A stretch of 64,000 nt of DNA from Vitrella brassicaformis CCMP3155 (taxonomy: Eukaryota; Protista; Chromerida). Every line of letters starts with the position of its first letter. The first letter of the stretch is position 1. The stretch covers positions 16,412-80,411 of the forward strand of contig CDMY01000420.1 of the NCBI GenBank assembly GCA_001179505.1. Direction: 5' to 3'. A model generated the notes under the pieces. The model ran no database searches, was not told the origin of the DNA, and saw nothing but the letters and a program-made list of their open reading frames with translations. Position numbers and translations under genes: made by a program. Positions 37,229 to 50,086 of the stretch are shown piece by piece.

Positions 37229-39586
37229 CTACAGATTGCTTCCAACCCACCACGTGTCTTTGGTGTCCGTGTTGACACGCGGCGATGGCGGGTGGTGCCC
37301 TTTCCGCTTCCCCTTCTGCGGCGAGCCAGACTTGTCCAGGTTGAGCGATTTCAGGCTCATCAGTAGCTTGGCTGTCGACGGGCGGCTGCTCTTACACACA
37401 CCACTCAACGCAGGAACCGTATGAGACCGCCGCATTCCATTGGTCCTCCCAGCCTTCAACAACCGCAATGTCGGCTGGCCGGGGAAGAATGGCGACACAT
37501 AATTGGCCGTGTCAGCAGGGGCGCTGTGTGGTGCGGGCGGTAGGTGTGGGCTGGGGGGTGTGGGCAAGAGGCGGTTCGCAGGTGAGATGGGCGGAGACAG
37601 GATGTGGCTTGCGATGGCTGGTGGCTTGGCAACGGGTGACTGTGCGAGTGGTGTGTCGGATGGGCCGAGGAGAGCGGAGATGAGATTGGGGCGTGCGTTG
37701 CGGGTCTTGCTCGCCGCCCTGCGATTTGCGGTCATGTCCACCTGGACGCAAAAGAGGGAGTGAGTCGAATGAATGACCATTGACTTCTGTCTGATCAATG
37801 AATGAGTCTTACGAGTGATCCGGTCCGTCTGATACCCTGCTTGACCTTGACAGCGCTAGTGTATCCCCCTCCAAGGCTGCCCGACCGCTTCACCGGCTGC
37901 TTGTCGCCACTCATTTCCTTGCCTTTCTCCTTTTCCCTCTCCCTCTCCCTCTCCCTCTCCAGAGGCGGCAGATACTTGGCCTTCTTGTTCCGGTCAGCCT
38001 AATGGGTGGGCACACAGCAGCCAGCATCATCATAGCTGTCTGTCATCGAGTGACGTGACCACGTCTCACCATGTCTCGTACATCGTCGAATACGAAAAGA
38101 GTGACGTGTCTCATCAGCCGCGTCTTGATAGGTGACGGGGGCGCCGTGGAATGGCTGGGCAGCGACAGGCCGGGCGTGTTGTGTCGCGCGTCCTCGATCT
38201 CGCGGATCAACCGGCGCATCTTCTTCTCGTGCACATTGCGGTGCCGCAATTTCCCTGTAATGGCTTTAGGGCTGTCCTCTGCATCGTTGATCATGAGCAA
38301 ATCCTCTGCCGACGAGAGAGAGGAGCTGCTGAGCCCATGAGGTGCGAGTCGGCTGACATCCGGCAAATCAACACTTCTCTCTCGTTTGAGCGGCATGAAG
38401 GTCCAGGGCGCCTTTCTCCCGCCCTGTCTGTGTGGAGGTGTGTCCTCCTCGCCAAATGGGTCCTCACACCAAGTGCCCTCGTCGCCGGTCAGCTCCTGCC
38501 CATGCGGGCTTTCACGCAGTCTGTCGGGTCGCTTCCGATGTCTCCTGTTCTTTTGTCGCTGCCGCTTGGGGAACCCATAGCACGCGGGGGAATCGCTGTC
38601 GCTGGACAGCGCATCCATGATGGCGGCCTGTGTCAGAGCGTCGCGAGGGACGAAGGTGGGCGGCTGCGAGGGCTTTCTCACCGACAGGTGGCGGCGCCTC
38701 GATCTCCGTGGTGTGGGCGGGGCCTTGACGTCTGGCAGGACGATGTGGGTGGCCTTTGTGAGGACGGACCACTGGCGCGGCTGGGCTCTGCTTCGAGACG
38801 AAGACCGTCTGAGCCTCGTCTCACTTGGTATGCCTCTCAAAGCCTCTAATGGGGAGCCATTGAGCTGCAGAAAGAGGGAGAATTAAGCAGACGCCGTGTC
38901 GTGACGGATCTTCCCTTCCTTCGTGCCCCGACCTGTAGTCCATTTGGTCCGTCACTGTACTGCTTCCTGGGGGCGACTTCTGGCGATTCCGTCGGTGAGT
39001 GGTCCGGTGTGGGCAGCTTGCGATACGGCCGCTTGGGCGACCTCCGGACTGTTGGTTCTTCCATTGGCTCATAGTAGCCGCTTTCCGCCAGACATGCTGT
39101 CATGAAGTTCCACGCCTCCGACGCCCCCTTGAGCGTCTCCTTCTCTGCTTCCACCCCAGCGGCTGCTCTCTCCTCTTTCGCCGGCTGGGGAACATGAGCA
39201 GGGAAGCCGTGATTGTGGTGGTGGGGACGCGGCTGCAGGGTCTCTAACAGTGTGTGTTTGCCTGAGGGCACTGCCCTGAGGAGTGAGGGGCTTGGAGCCA
39301 AAGGCCCGTTGAGGCCGAACACGCCCTTCCCGCCGCCATTTGTCGACCCCCATCTGCTGACAATTGGCGAGCCGTCCTTGTGCGGCTCCCTGTTGATCGG
39401 TGGGAGATGGTGTCTGTGGGCGTGGCTGACAGGTGGCGAGGGGCTGTTCCGTACTCTTCCAGAGGGGGCGATGTGGCCTGCCACTCTCGCAGGCACCCGC
39501 TTGGCAGTGACGGGAGGGTCAAGGGGAGGGGAGAGGTCGATGGGCCGCAAATCGCAATGCCGCTTCTCAGCGCTTCGAACTGACAT
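37229..39586 (-). CDS. Hypothetical low-complexity S/P/R-rich disordered protein
   Basis: Three long minus-strand ORFs (38846-39634, 38043-38840, 37229-37798) plus a small ERERERE exon appear joinable through GT-AG introns. No domain recognised; the ends are uncertain. Confidence 0.5.
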
Positions 39587-39660
39587 TGAGGGAGTCTCGT
39601 GAGATGAGGGGGATGAGTCAGAAACGCCGAACACTCCGAATGGGGATCGCGCTCCGTCTT

Positions 39661-39681
39661 GGCTCGCAAGCTAAGCTCGCA
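39661..39681. promoter_or_regulatory. GGCTCGCA...AGCTCGCA tandem motif in the divergent region upstream of NAA25
   Basis: 39667-39681 is the exact reverse complement of 53320-53334 (15 bp). Confidence 0.5.
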
Positions 39682-39947
39682 GATTCGTGCTGAGTGGACG
39701 AAAGGTGAGGAGTGTTTCAACATTGAAGAAACCTGGTGAATGAGAGCGCCACGAAGACTGAAACAGTGGATCAATCAACATACATCTTTCTGAGTGGAGG
39801 AGAGAAGGTACGGACGGCATGCGAAGATCAGTCACAGATGCACCGAACCACCCCCTCCCACATCACGTCCCGATGTGTGTGTGTATCTGCCAGCATCGGA
39901 AGACAACTGAGGCCTGAGAGTGTGGCAGGAGGACTCATCCAGGGAGC

Positions 39948-42900
39948 ATGTCGGCCACCAAGTTGTCTTCCATCTACTCTGCCCTGGACAACGGCAACAA
40001 CAAGAACGCCATCAAGCTATGCAACGGGACCTTGCAGAAGCAGCCGCACAACACCACGGCCAAGGCGCTCAAGGCGCTGGCCCTTCAGCGGCTGGGCAAG
40101 GCCGACGAGGCCCTCCCGCTGCTCGACGAGATCAAGCTTCAGAAGCCAAAGGACCCGGAACTCATACGGGTCGCAAACTGTGTCTATCACGCCGTCAGGA
40201 AAGGTGAAGGAGGCAGCAAAGATCGATGGATGGATTGGTCGACCGAGTGATGGCTAATGCCTGCTGCCTGTCGTGGTGTGTCTGTCTGTCTGTCTGTCTG
40301 AAGAGCAAGATGCGCAGGAGATGTGTGAGGTGGCGTATCAGCAGGATCCCGACAACGAGGAGCTGGCCGTGGCCTACTTCTACTGCCTACTCCGAACACG
40401 CGACTACGCCAAGCAGCAGCAAGTGGCCATGAAGATGTCCAAGAAGTTCAGCAAGCCAAAATATCTCAGGTGGAGCCTCATGGCCATCCTCATGGTACGT
40501 ACGCACAATCCCTCACGCACACAAGCGTGCCGTGCTTGCCTCATCTCCCCCTCTGCCGGCCTGTCACTGATCGATCGATCAGTCGTCTGGTCTTGACGGT
40601 GCCGGCAGCAGGACCCTTGACCTCGCCGAAATGATGCTCGCTAAGGTCAGTCACCAGGGAAGGAATTATATGATCCAACAAAGTCGCATCATCATGTGTG
40701 TTGTCTTGGCTGGTTGCTGTTCTGTTACTGCAGGCCCCGTTGAATGTGCCTCCCCGCGGTGCGGGCGCCCCGCCGGCGACCAAGGGGGGAGCGGCCAGCA
40801 CACTCAGGGAGAGCTACGGACGTGAGCAGAGGCAGGCGACACGACAAACGGCCATCCCATCCTCTCTCGATGGCCTTCATGTTGCTTGTCTCTGTCTGGG
40901 TGTGGGGAGGGGATGTTTCAGTGTTCCTACTGCACATGTCGGTCCTGCGGCTCAAGGGCAAATACGCGGAAGCCCTCGGTGAGGGAGGGACGGAGGGACA
41001 ACCTAGCCAGCACTCCATGTGTCAGTCATGTGTTGTGGTGTGCCGTCACACATGTGGTGTGGTGTAGAGCTGTTGGGCAAGTGCGAAAGTTGCACCATGG
41101 TGCCGTTGGAGGACTATGCCCTCCGTGTGCAGCTGGAGGCCGAACGCGGCAGGCTCGACAAGGCCATCGAAGCCGTCAGGAGATACCTGCTGCACGAGTA
41201 AGCCACCGAGTCAGGCAGACAGACAGCGAGGGAAAGGGGCACCTACATGGTTGCAACAGATACCAGCACCAGCAGCATGCGTCGGTTCTGTCTGTCTGTC
41301 TGTCTGTGTGTGTCGCTGAATATGTCGTCCTTATGTAATATTCCCAGCAAGAATCAGTGGTGTGCGACTGAGGTGTTTGTGCGTCTGAGTGTGGAGCGGT
41401 CTCTGCAGGCGGGCCGGCAGAGGGAAGACGACGACCCGCTATGGACACTCGACTTCAACACAAGGGTCAGTTCAGTGGGGTGGGTGGGGTGGTGGACACA
41501 AAGAAAGAGAGCTCTGCTGTCGGTCTGGCCACACACACACACACACACTGATATCTATGTCTGGCTCTGTGTGTGTGTGTGTGTGTGTGTAGGTGAATAT
41601 GGACGAGGCGACGGCCAATAGGATGTCGGAGCTGGGCGCTCTCAAGGTACACATGCATCCACTAGACCAAACCAGCACAATACGGGTCTCTGGAAATGCT
41701 GTCTGTCTGTTGGTCTGCCGGTTTGTTTGTCCTTCATTCATTGCAGACGTCTGACCCGATCAGCGATGCGTATTTGATGCTTCGTCACGTGCGTGACGGC
41801 ATCATCAAGTTCTCCGACGCATCCATCACAGCACCCATGTCAGAACCACCCTCGCCAGAGGAGGGGTACGCTACGCACACAAACCAACACCGACCGAATC
41901 AATACCAACACCCACCACAATTTTTGCACTTGACTTGCTGTGTGTGTGTGTGTCAGGCGAAGGTGGGCGTTGTGTGCTGAGCTGGAGCTGAGGAAACAGA
42001 CGCTGGTCGTCCACGCAGAGAAGAAACTGCGCAAGAAGAGTAAGTAACGACAGACAAATGAGAAGTCGGCTTGATGATGGTGCTGGCATGTGAATTGGGT
42101 TCCGTCTGTGTGTGTCAGTCGGTGATATGTCAGCGCAGGAGCTGTGGGGCGTGGCGTCGCAGCCAGAGGGGGCCTCCTTCATAGGACTCATCGACACGTA
42201 GGCATATCCACTTGACACACCAACTGACTGAGGGATGCGATGCCTTCCCGTGCACATCAGGTATGCGGCCGAGTTCGGCGGGAGCCCCACCTGCTTCTAC
42301 GAGCTGAGGCCGTACCTCGCCTTCCTCGTAAGGGGTCACATCACGCCCTCCCCCCACACACAGATCTATTGATACGGGGCCACGGCCGGCTGCAATGGTG
42401 TGTAAGTCAGGACGAGGTGAAGGCCCGACAGCTGTCGGGTCTGCTGCGGCCCAGGGTGGTGGTGCCCCAAGATGGACACAGCAACGAGGTGAGGGAGGGA
42501 TTGAGCGGGTGAGTGGGGACGGACACCACGGAGCAGACTCCTTTGTGTGTGGTGCAACCCTGACTGACGCAGAAGCGTCCAGTGCGCCAGTACATGTCAC
42601 TGCACAAGATACTTCACGGTAGGTACAATGGCACCCACTGAGTGAGGACACCCTCACACAGCGCCCTTGCCTGGCCCGTCAGCTCTTCGGTGGCACATGC
42701 CCATTGACAAGGCGGAGCGCACCGCTGCCAACGGTGGTGGTGGTGGTGGTGATGTGGAGCGGGTGGCTGAGTGGCTGTGTGTGTACACGGGCCACCTGCA
42801 CCTGGACCAGGACAAGTCGTCCATGAGCTACAACACCGTCGACGAGCTCACAGCACTGGCCGCCGAGGTGGGCATGGCGTGGCAGGGATACAGGCGCAGG

Positions 42901-45900
42901 GCAGATGCCAGATGATATGCGATGCGCATTGAAGTGTCTGTCTGTCTGTCTGTGTGTGTGTGTCTGTCCTGTCTCTCTGTAGGTGTTGGTAGAGATGGAC
43001 GAGCGGCAAGCGAGAGGTAAATGCTCACTGGTGAGCACGGCAGACAGACAGACACCCTGACCGACAAACAACACCAACACTCCTATCCATCCCCAGCCAC
43101 GGCCAACGATGGATGGTGTCTGTCCAACAGAGGCCCATCGGCAAGGCAAGACAGTGCCCCTGGCGGAGAGGGAAGCCGTCGTATCGGCCCTTGCCGTGCT
43201 CGAAATGGTAGGCCCAACACAACACACCTCAGCCTTCTTTTCATGTCCTTGTGTGTGTGTGTGTGTGTGTGGTCAGTGCCTGGCCCATTCCGAGTACAAT
43301 TTCCACGCCAGGTTCCTGAGTCTGCTCATCTACAGCCACTTGGGGCTTGGTGCGGCCGCCCAGTCCTTCATCGTCAAGCTCGACTTCAAGAACGTCCAGT
43401 ACGAGGCACTCGGATACACGCTCTTCGACACATACTTGGACTCCGCCATGATGTAACCAACCCCTACACCACCCTCCACACACACACACACACACGCGCA
43501 ACACGCAATACATTCACAACGACTTATCTGTGTGTCTTTCTTTATCTCCGTGTGTTGAATGATGTGATTGTGATGCAGCCCCGAGGCTCTGGAGGTGTGC
43601 AAGGAGATGTGTGAGTTGGAGGCCGACTTCTACCGGCAGACGCAGGACGCCATGCAGAATGCATACGAGCACGAGAGCTACGGCAGGGTCGCCGACTTCA
43701 CCGCGGCACTCGACAGGATGAAGCGGTCCATGCAGCCCGTCAGGGCCGAGGTCATGGAGGGCCTCATGAACCTGCAGCAGGCACTGGGGGACACCTCCCA
43801 GGGCGACGGGTTTGGCGACATGGCGCTGCTCGTGCAGAAGGACATGCCAATGCTCAGGAAACACGCCGGTGGGTCGGGTGTTTCCAGACAGACAGACAGA
43901 CAGATGGTTCATCGTTTGTCGTTTCCCTCCCTCCCTGTGTGTCGTTGTGTTGCTTGCAGGGATGTCGTTGTCTTGGTACCAGCTGAATCAGGACCGGCAG
44001 GTGCATCTGAGGTGCACCTCCGTCCCCCCCTTCCCAGCGCTGCCGCCCTCACCGCCCCCATCCCTCACATCAGTCATCCCACCTGCCACCTTCATCTCCC
44101 ACCCCCCCACACACACCCAACCACAACACACACAGACACAGCCAACGGCAACCGGCGCCACGAAGACATCATCAGCAGGAGATGACGACCACGCGAGCAG
44201 CAGCAGCCGGGGCAGCCACAGTGACAACGACGGGGGTGTGGCCAGCACCATCCGTAAGGTGCCGCCGGTGAGGTGCGCGTCTGTGCCAATGCCTGTGGTG
44301 CCTCCTGTGGCTGCGGCCGAGGGTTATGGGGGCTTTGTGAGCCTCTTCCTGCCCAGGTTTCAGGAGATGCCGGCTTGCCTTAAGTGAGGGAGGGAGTGGC
44401 CGGCCAGGGAAGGGAGGGAGGGGAGGCAGGAGGGGTGCTGTGCTGTGTGTGCTGGAGAGAGTGGTGTGGTGTGGGTGTATGTGTGTGTATGGCTTGATGC
44501 AGGATGTGGGCGACTGCGTTGTCGATAGTGTGTCTGCTGTACGAGAAAGACCTGGACGAGGCGTCAAGGATGCTCAGCGACCTCCGACACCTCATGGCCA
44601 TCACAGGTGTGTACCACACACACAGACAAATACACACACATTGCCAGGAAGACTCTTTCCCCCGTCTGATCCACATTCACCCACTCGTCAGGCATCATCC
44701 AGGCCCAGCAGCCTCTCCCCAGGCCAGAGCATGACACAGCCTTGCCATCACCGCCCACCGACGACACCGACAGCACGTCAGCAGCAGCTGCAGCCGATGC
44801 CGCAGATTCGACGGACGGCACTGCCCCTGCACCGTGCAGCAGGTTGTGGTGGGGCGATGACGCCCACGGGATCAGCTCCCCACCACCGCCGTGGGACACT
44901 ACATCTGGAGAGCCATCGGGCAGAGACAAAGCGGTGAGTGAAAGCAAACGAACAGGGCATATGGCTGTGTGTCAGTCATATTTGGTTTGTCTGTCTTTGA
45001 CCCGTGCGTGTGCGGCACGTGACTGGCAGTTTTGGCGGATGACCTATCTGTGTCTGGATGTCGCCCATCGGGTGCTGGAGGCGTGTGGGCCGTCCCATCC
45101 CAACGGCAGCACTAGCAGCAGCAGCAGCCGCCCACCACCGAAGCCCTCCCCCGCCCCTGCCTCCACTGCCCCCCTGGCAGCGTCCAGCTCCTCATCCCTA
45201 TCGCTCGCAGACGGCCCCGACCCATCACACACACACCGATCTCCAGCCGTTGATGACGTGTCGGTGCGGGCGGGGTCGACTTGGGAGGATGTGGAGAGGG
45301 GGCTGGAGGTCCTCACGCAACTGCTGCCTGGTCAGGCCTGACATCAGGGATTCTGCTGTGTGTGGTGGCGGAGCACTTGGAGCTGCTTGGCTGTGCGTGT
45401 GTATGCGTGTGGTGTGGTGCAGATGTGATGAGGATAGGTGGTGGGCTGGAGACTGCGGATGAGAGCAAAGGCAAGGAGGCGGGCGGGACGGCTGAGGCCG
45501 CTGGTGGTGGTGGTGGTGGTGATGCGGCAGTGGGGCGGTTCCAGCGCTTCATGTGGGATGAGGGCGGGTGCACAGGTGCGGTGGGCTGAGCTGAACACAC
45601 AGCAGGCGACGCGACCAGTGATTGCAATGATGTGCCGTCCCGTCTCCGTTTCTTGTCTTGGTTCAGGTTGCAGCCGTTTCCTGCTGGGTCCGCTGCTGTT
45701 TGTGACGGCCCTCTTCCCCTGGATCGCACAGACCATGCCCAGGGCGCGCAAAGACAAAGACAAATCCGCCGTGAGCACAATAAATAGCCATAAACAATGG
45801 CCATGCCGATGACAGACAGCATCACAGGACGTTTCTCTCTTGGTCCCGGCTGCGTTGGTTGCTCTGTCTGGTTGCTCTCGTGTCAGGGTCCGTCTGCCGT

Positions 45901-46403
45901 CCATGCGGCCCGCATTGCCTTCAAGGGTTGCATCACGGCCTATGTGTCGGAGCTGACGCGGCTGTCGACCATCCTCGGCAGGGCGCGCCAGGCGATGGCC
46001 GACAAGCCGAGCGACGCACCGACAGGGGGGCTGTTCCCGGACCAGGGGGAGCTTACCAAGGTAGGTGACCACCAACACGCTGTTGTGTGTGTATGTATGT
46101 GTGTGGGTGGGTGCTGGTCGGTCAGGAGTTGGATGTCTATCGACGTTCGGTGGCCACTCAGATACTCAGCTCACAGAGGCAGCAGCTGCATAGGCTCAAT
46201 GAGGTCAGCCAGCCAGCCAGCCACTTGGTGCGGGCGGTGCCATGGATGAGATGAGTGGACGGACGGACGGATGGATGGAAGGCACATATCATCCCGGCGT
46301 GTCGTGCGCCTCTCTCTTTGTTTGCATCTGTATGGCCGTGTGTTGTGTGCAGTTGGTCCAGAAGAGGCTGCAGGTGCTCAGGAAGATCACTTTCAAGCCC
46401 TGA
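39948..46403 (+). CDS. NAA25: N-terminal acetyltransferase B auxiliary subunit (NAA25/MDM20)
   Basis: TPR start LSSIYSALDNGNNKNAIKLC...KALKALALQRLGK, YAKQQQVAMKMSKKFSKPKYLRWS, EFGGSPTCFYELRPYL and HSEYNFHARFLSLLIYSHLG...LDFKNVQYEALGY. Confidence 0.9.
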
Positions 46404-47943
46404 GGAGGGTCTATCACCACACCATTCACTCGTGTCGCGGTGGCATCACTAAGCTATCTGTTCATGGCATTTGACGGGACTCTAATCGATCCACACGCTC
46501 GTCCACTCAGTCACTGGGTGGGAGGTTGACAATTGCGTGCTGTGCCATGACCGTGTGTGCGTGTGTGTACAGCGAGCGAGAGCACTAGCTGTCTGCCTGT
46601 GCGTGAGACAAGCAACCCCTGCGTGGTGACTGCAGATGACGGATCGTTGATGAGCCCTTTTCCACTGAAAGCATTCACCGTAGCATGATCTGATCCAGCC
46701 ACTGTCGCAACGTAGGTCACAATGCTGCCGCCTTCAAGTCAACATACGTACGTCGCTCTTAGCCCACGACCAAGCCCTCCAAGCTACACGTGTACAGCAC
46801 CTTCCTGGCTGCCGTTCACACGTAGCCCGCGCCAGCAGGGCCGGAGGCCAAGAGCGACGCAGACCATCCAGGCTTCATCCACACACACGCGCCCAGCAGT
46901 CAGGCCGACGAACATCCCTCTTACCGAGCCATTCATCCAGTCGCCTCACGCACACTACGGACCAGAAATGAGACAGCCAGGAATTGAGGCTCACGAAACC
47001 ATGCGGACGCCACAGGCACCGTCCCCGCCCCGTCTTCTCCCTTGTTGCCCTTTCTGGAGCGGGGCCGAAACGAGGGCTTCCATCCCCTCACTTCGGTGCT
47101 GCACCGCAAGGACTACAAGAGAGACGACGAGGCAGGGAGGGGCGATAGACAAGAGACATTCAGCCGCCAATCGGATACATACACACACATACATGGTGCA
47201 CAGCGCCTGCCTGCACAACACGGTTGCCCACATCTGGCTCGCCCGAGGGCACACGCACACGCACGGGATTGAAACCATATACGTGATAAAAACACCGTGC
47301 GTGAGATCACGCACTCACTCAGAAACACGCCAATGACCTCGCTGCATTGAATGAATGACCTTCGTTGTGTTGTGTGTGTCAGTGAACGAAAGTATGTGAG
47401 TGGGTGGGTACGGAAAAGCGAAGCGGGCAGGAAAATCGCTGCTCAGGCGGAATGAGAAAGCCTGGCTGTGTGCACCGTCTCACACACGCACACACATGGA
47501 GAGAGAGAAAAAGGGGGCCGACTTGACGTGACAGGCCCATGCCACTGATCCATCCATGTTACACAGAGACGCAGAGAGATAGAGAAATAGACAGAGATGC
47601 CCGTCCGTGTCCAATCCAATCCAATCCATCACTAAAGCCGAAAGGAACACGCGAGAGTGGATGGCTGGGTTGCATGGGGGCATGTTCGGTGCCACGCGCA
47701 TCGCATCGAGGGGACCAATCCCTCGGCGGTCAGTGAGTGCTCCCGTCCGCTCAGCCAGCAAAGGGAGAGGGGGAGAGCCGAAAAAACACACGTGACTGAC
47801 TGACTGACTGACTGACTGCAACCGACCGACCTTACGTGTACAGACACACACATACACACAGATAGATAGCCTTCCTCCCGCCTCTCTCTGGCCGTCATAT
47901 CTGTCTTGTGCGGGTGCCAGGGTGCCATGGATCAGTCAGTCAA

Positions 47944-49760
47944 TCACTGTCCGGCGAGTGGCTGGTGCGACTGAGTGGCGAATTCGATGATGGATCTGTT
48001 GGCGAGTAGGATGAAGCCGAAAAGACACTTGGCCGTCACGTCCAGCACGCCGTAAAGCAGGATCTCGATGTCCACCGGGATCACCTTGGTGCCCTCTGCC
48101 ACGACCTGCACACCAGAGGGGTGAGGCCACCGGCGGGAGTGGGTGATTGTGTGATAGTGTGTGTGACTGTGTGTTGCGTCGTTATTGTTACCCAGACGAC
48201 GGGGTAGGCGCTCCACAGCACAACCTAAGAAGACACACACAGCACACAACACAGCACAGCACAACAATTGTCTACCTGTCTGTCTGTCTGTCTGTCTGTG
48301 TGTCTGTGTGTCTGTCTGTCTGTGTGTCTGTCTGTCTGTCTACACACACACATACCGTCATGACAGACAGCTGGTTGAAGCGGTCGGCTACAGCGGGTGA
48401 GGTCTTGATGGCCTTGTCCTTCATGGAAGTCACAAGCGACTGGATGATGGGCAGGAACACCACCATACCGAACACAAACAGCGGCCAGCCCTTGGTGGGC
48501 TCATGCTATATGGTCGACACACACCACACACCACACCACACACCAACAGACGACATGCATTGCAGTCGCATGCCTCATATCATTAGCAGAGGGAGGTGTG
48601 TGGTGTGTGTGTATGCCTGTGTTTGTACCGCGTAGAGGCCCCCGACGAGTCCCGAGATGATCATGAGGACGTCCATGAGGATGACGTATGTCAGCTCATT
48701 CCAGTGGACACCCGCCAGCAGACCCAGATCAACCAGCAGCAGCGGAGTCGTGAACGTCCAATCCAAGTATCGGCCCCAATAGAAGCTGCACACACAACAC
48801 AACACAGACACCACCACACTCTCTCCCAATCCCTCACACACACACACACACACTCTCTCTCTCTCCCGCCCTGTGCTGTGGTGTATGTGTGTGTTGTCTT
48901 GTGTCGTCTTACGATCGTCCATAGGGGTCAGCAGAGACCCCGATGCCGAGTGCCATGCACATGTATGCCAGAGCGGCGATGGCCGTGATGCCCGCACTCA
49001 CGTAATGGAACTTGCGCATCTCAATGTCGTATCCGGCGCTCTGGCTGATGAAGTAGAGGGTCGACAGGGCCATGCACACGAAGGCCACCCACAGCACCGC
49101 CACACCGAATGTCGTCGGCGTTGAGGCGGCGTATGCGCCTCCGCTCGTGGGGGTGGCCGTGGCCTCCGTGGTCAACAGATTAGTAGGAGGAGGAGAGCGC
49201 TGACCACAGACAAGGGAGAAGGGGAGAAATCTGCACTTGCTGTATGCTGTTCGTTCCGTGTTGGTTTGTGCCGCCGACCTGTTGGTTAGTGAAGAATGGG
49301 AAAGGTGGCTGTTGCGGCTGCTCAGGCTGCTCGCGCTGTTGACGCTGCAGACACACACACGTATGCCCATGCAATTGACTCATGATAGCAGCCTGTCGTT
49401 CCATCTCTCACCTGAGAGTCCTGTCCCTGGGCCTTTTGCGTCGGCTGTTGGGGCTGCTGTGGTTGCTGTGAATAGCACGCGCACAGCACAGCACAGGGAG
49501 AGACACTCATCACAATCATGTGTGTCGCATGCATGGCATCCCTCCTCATAAGTTTTCACCTGTGGCTGCGGCTCCTGCGGCTTCTGCGGTGTCTGCGGCT
49601 CCTGAGGCTGCTGAGGCTCTTGCTGCACTTGTGGCTGCTGTGCCTGCTCGCCCCGCATGCTCTTGCCGCCCTTGGCGTCGGTCTCATTCTTGCTCACGTC
49701 CTCGGCACGGGTCACGGCGACGAGCGCCAGCAGGACGCAAACAACCACGGACGAGCGCAT
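47944..49760 (-). CDS. Type-1 (microbial) rhodopsin, bacteriorhodopsin-like DTD proton pump, with signal peptide and Gln/Pro-rich N-terminal extension
   Basis: Helix C RYLDWTFTTPLLLVDL, helix D MDVLMIISGLVG, helix F LWSAYPVVW, and AEGTKVIPVDIEILLYGVLDVTAKCLFG carrying the retinal Lys. Eight exons. Confidence 0.95.
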
Positions 49761-50086
49761 GGCGTGCAGGAGGTGCTGGCGACGGCCAGATTAAGGGCGC
49801 AGATTTCTCGTGTATCCATCTCCATAAAGCGTTTGCCACGGGATTGGAGGTGAGAAGCCCACGATGAGGAGGCAGCCATCGCAAGTTCAGACACCAAACA
49901 CGCACCTGACGCCTCCCTCACAGCGAAGGGCCGCTGGAGTGAGAAAAAGGCTGCTCCTTGAATCAGCTGCACGGCTGACGGCGTCGGCTCATGAGGTGCG
50001 CGAGCACTCGCCTGAGCATCTGAAGTGACTTATGGATGCTTTCCTTTCGTCCATCCTATCAGGTCCCAAAACCAGAGGTTTCCTTG

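Noticed and set aside
46500-47400. 204-aa + strand ORF (46722-47336) and short minus ORFs between NAA25 and the rhodopsin
   Set aside because: No recognisable motifs or convincing exon chain. Could be UTR or a small gene; unresolved without RNA data.
48430-48500. Carotenoid-antenna fenestration in the rhodopsin, linking it to the VDR gene
   Set aside because: By my manual alignment the helix-E position equivalent to xanthorhodopsin Gly156/BR Trp138 is Phe (GWPLFVFGM), which should block the fenestration.
47944-49760. Channelrhodopsin or enzyme-rhodopsin driving the neighbouring Cav
   Set aside because: It has the DTD pump motif, lacks channelrhodopsin helix-B glutamates and the DC-pair Cys, and has only a short C-terminal tail with no enzyme domain.
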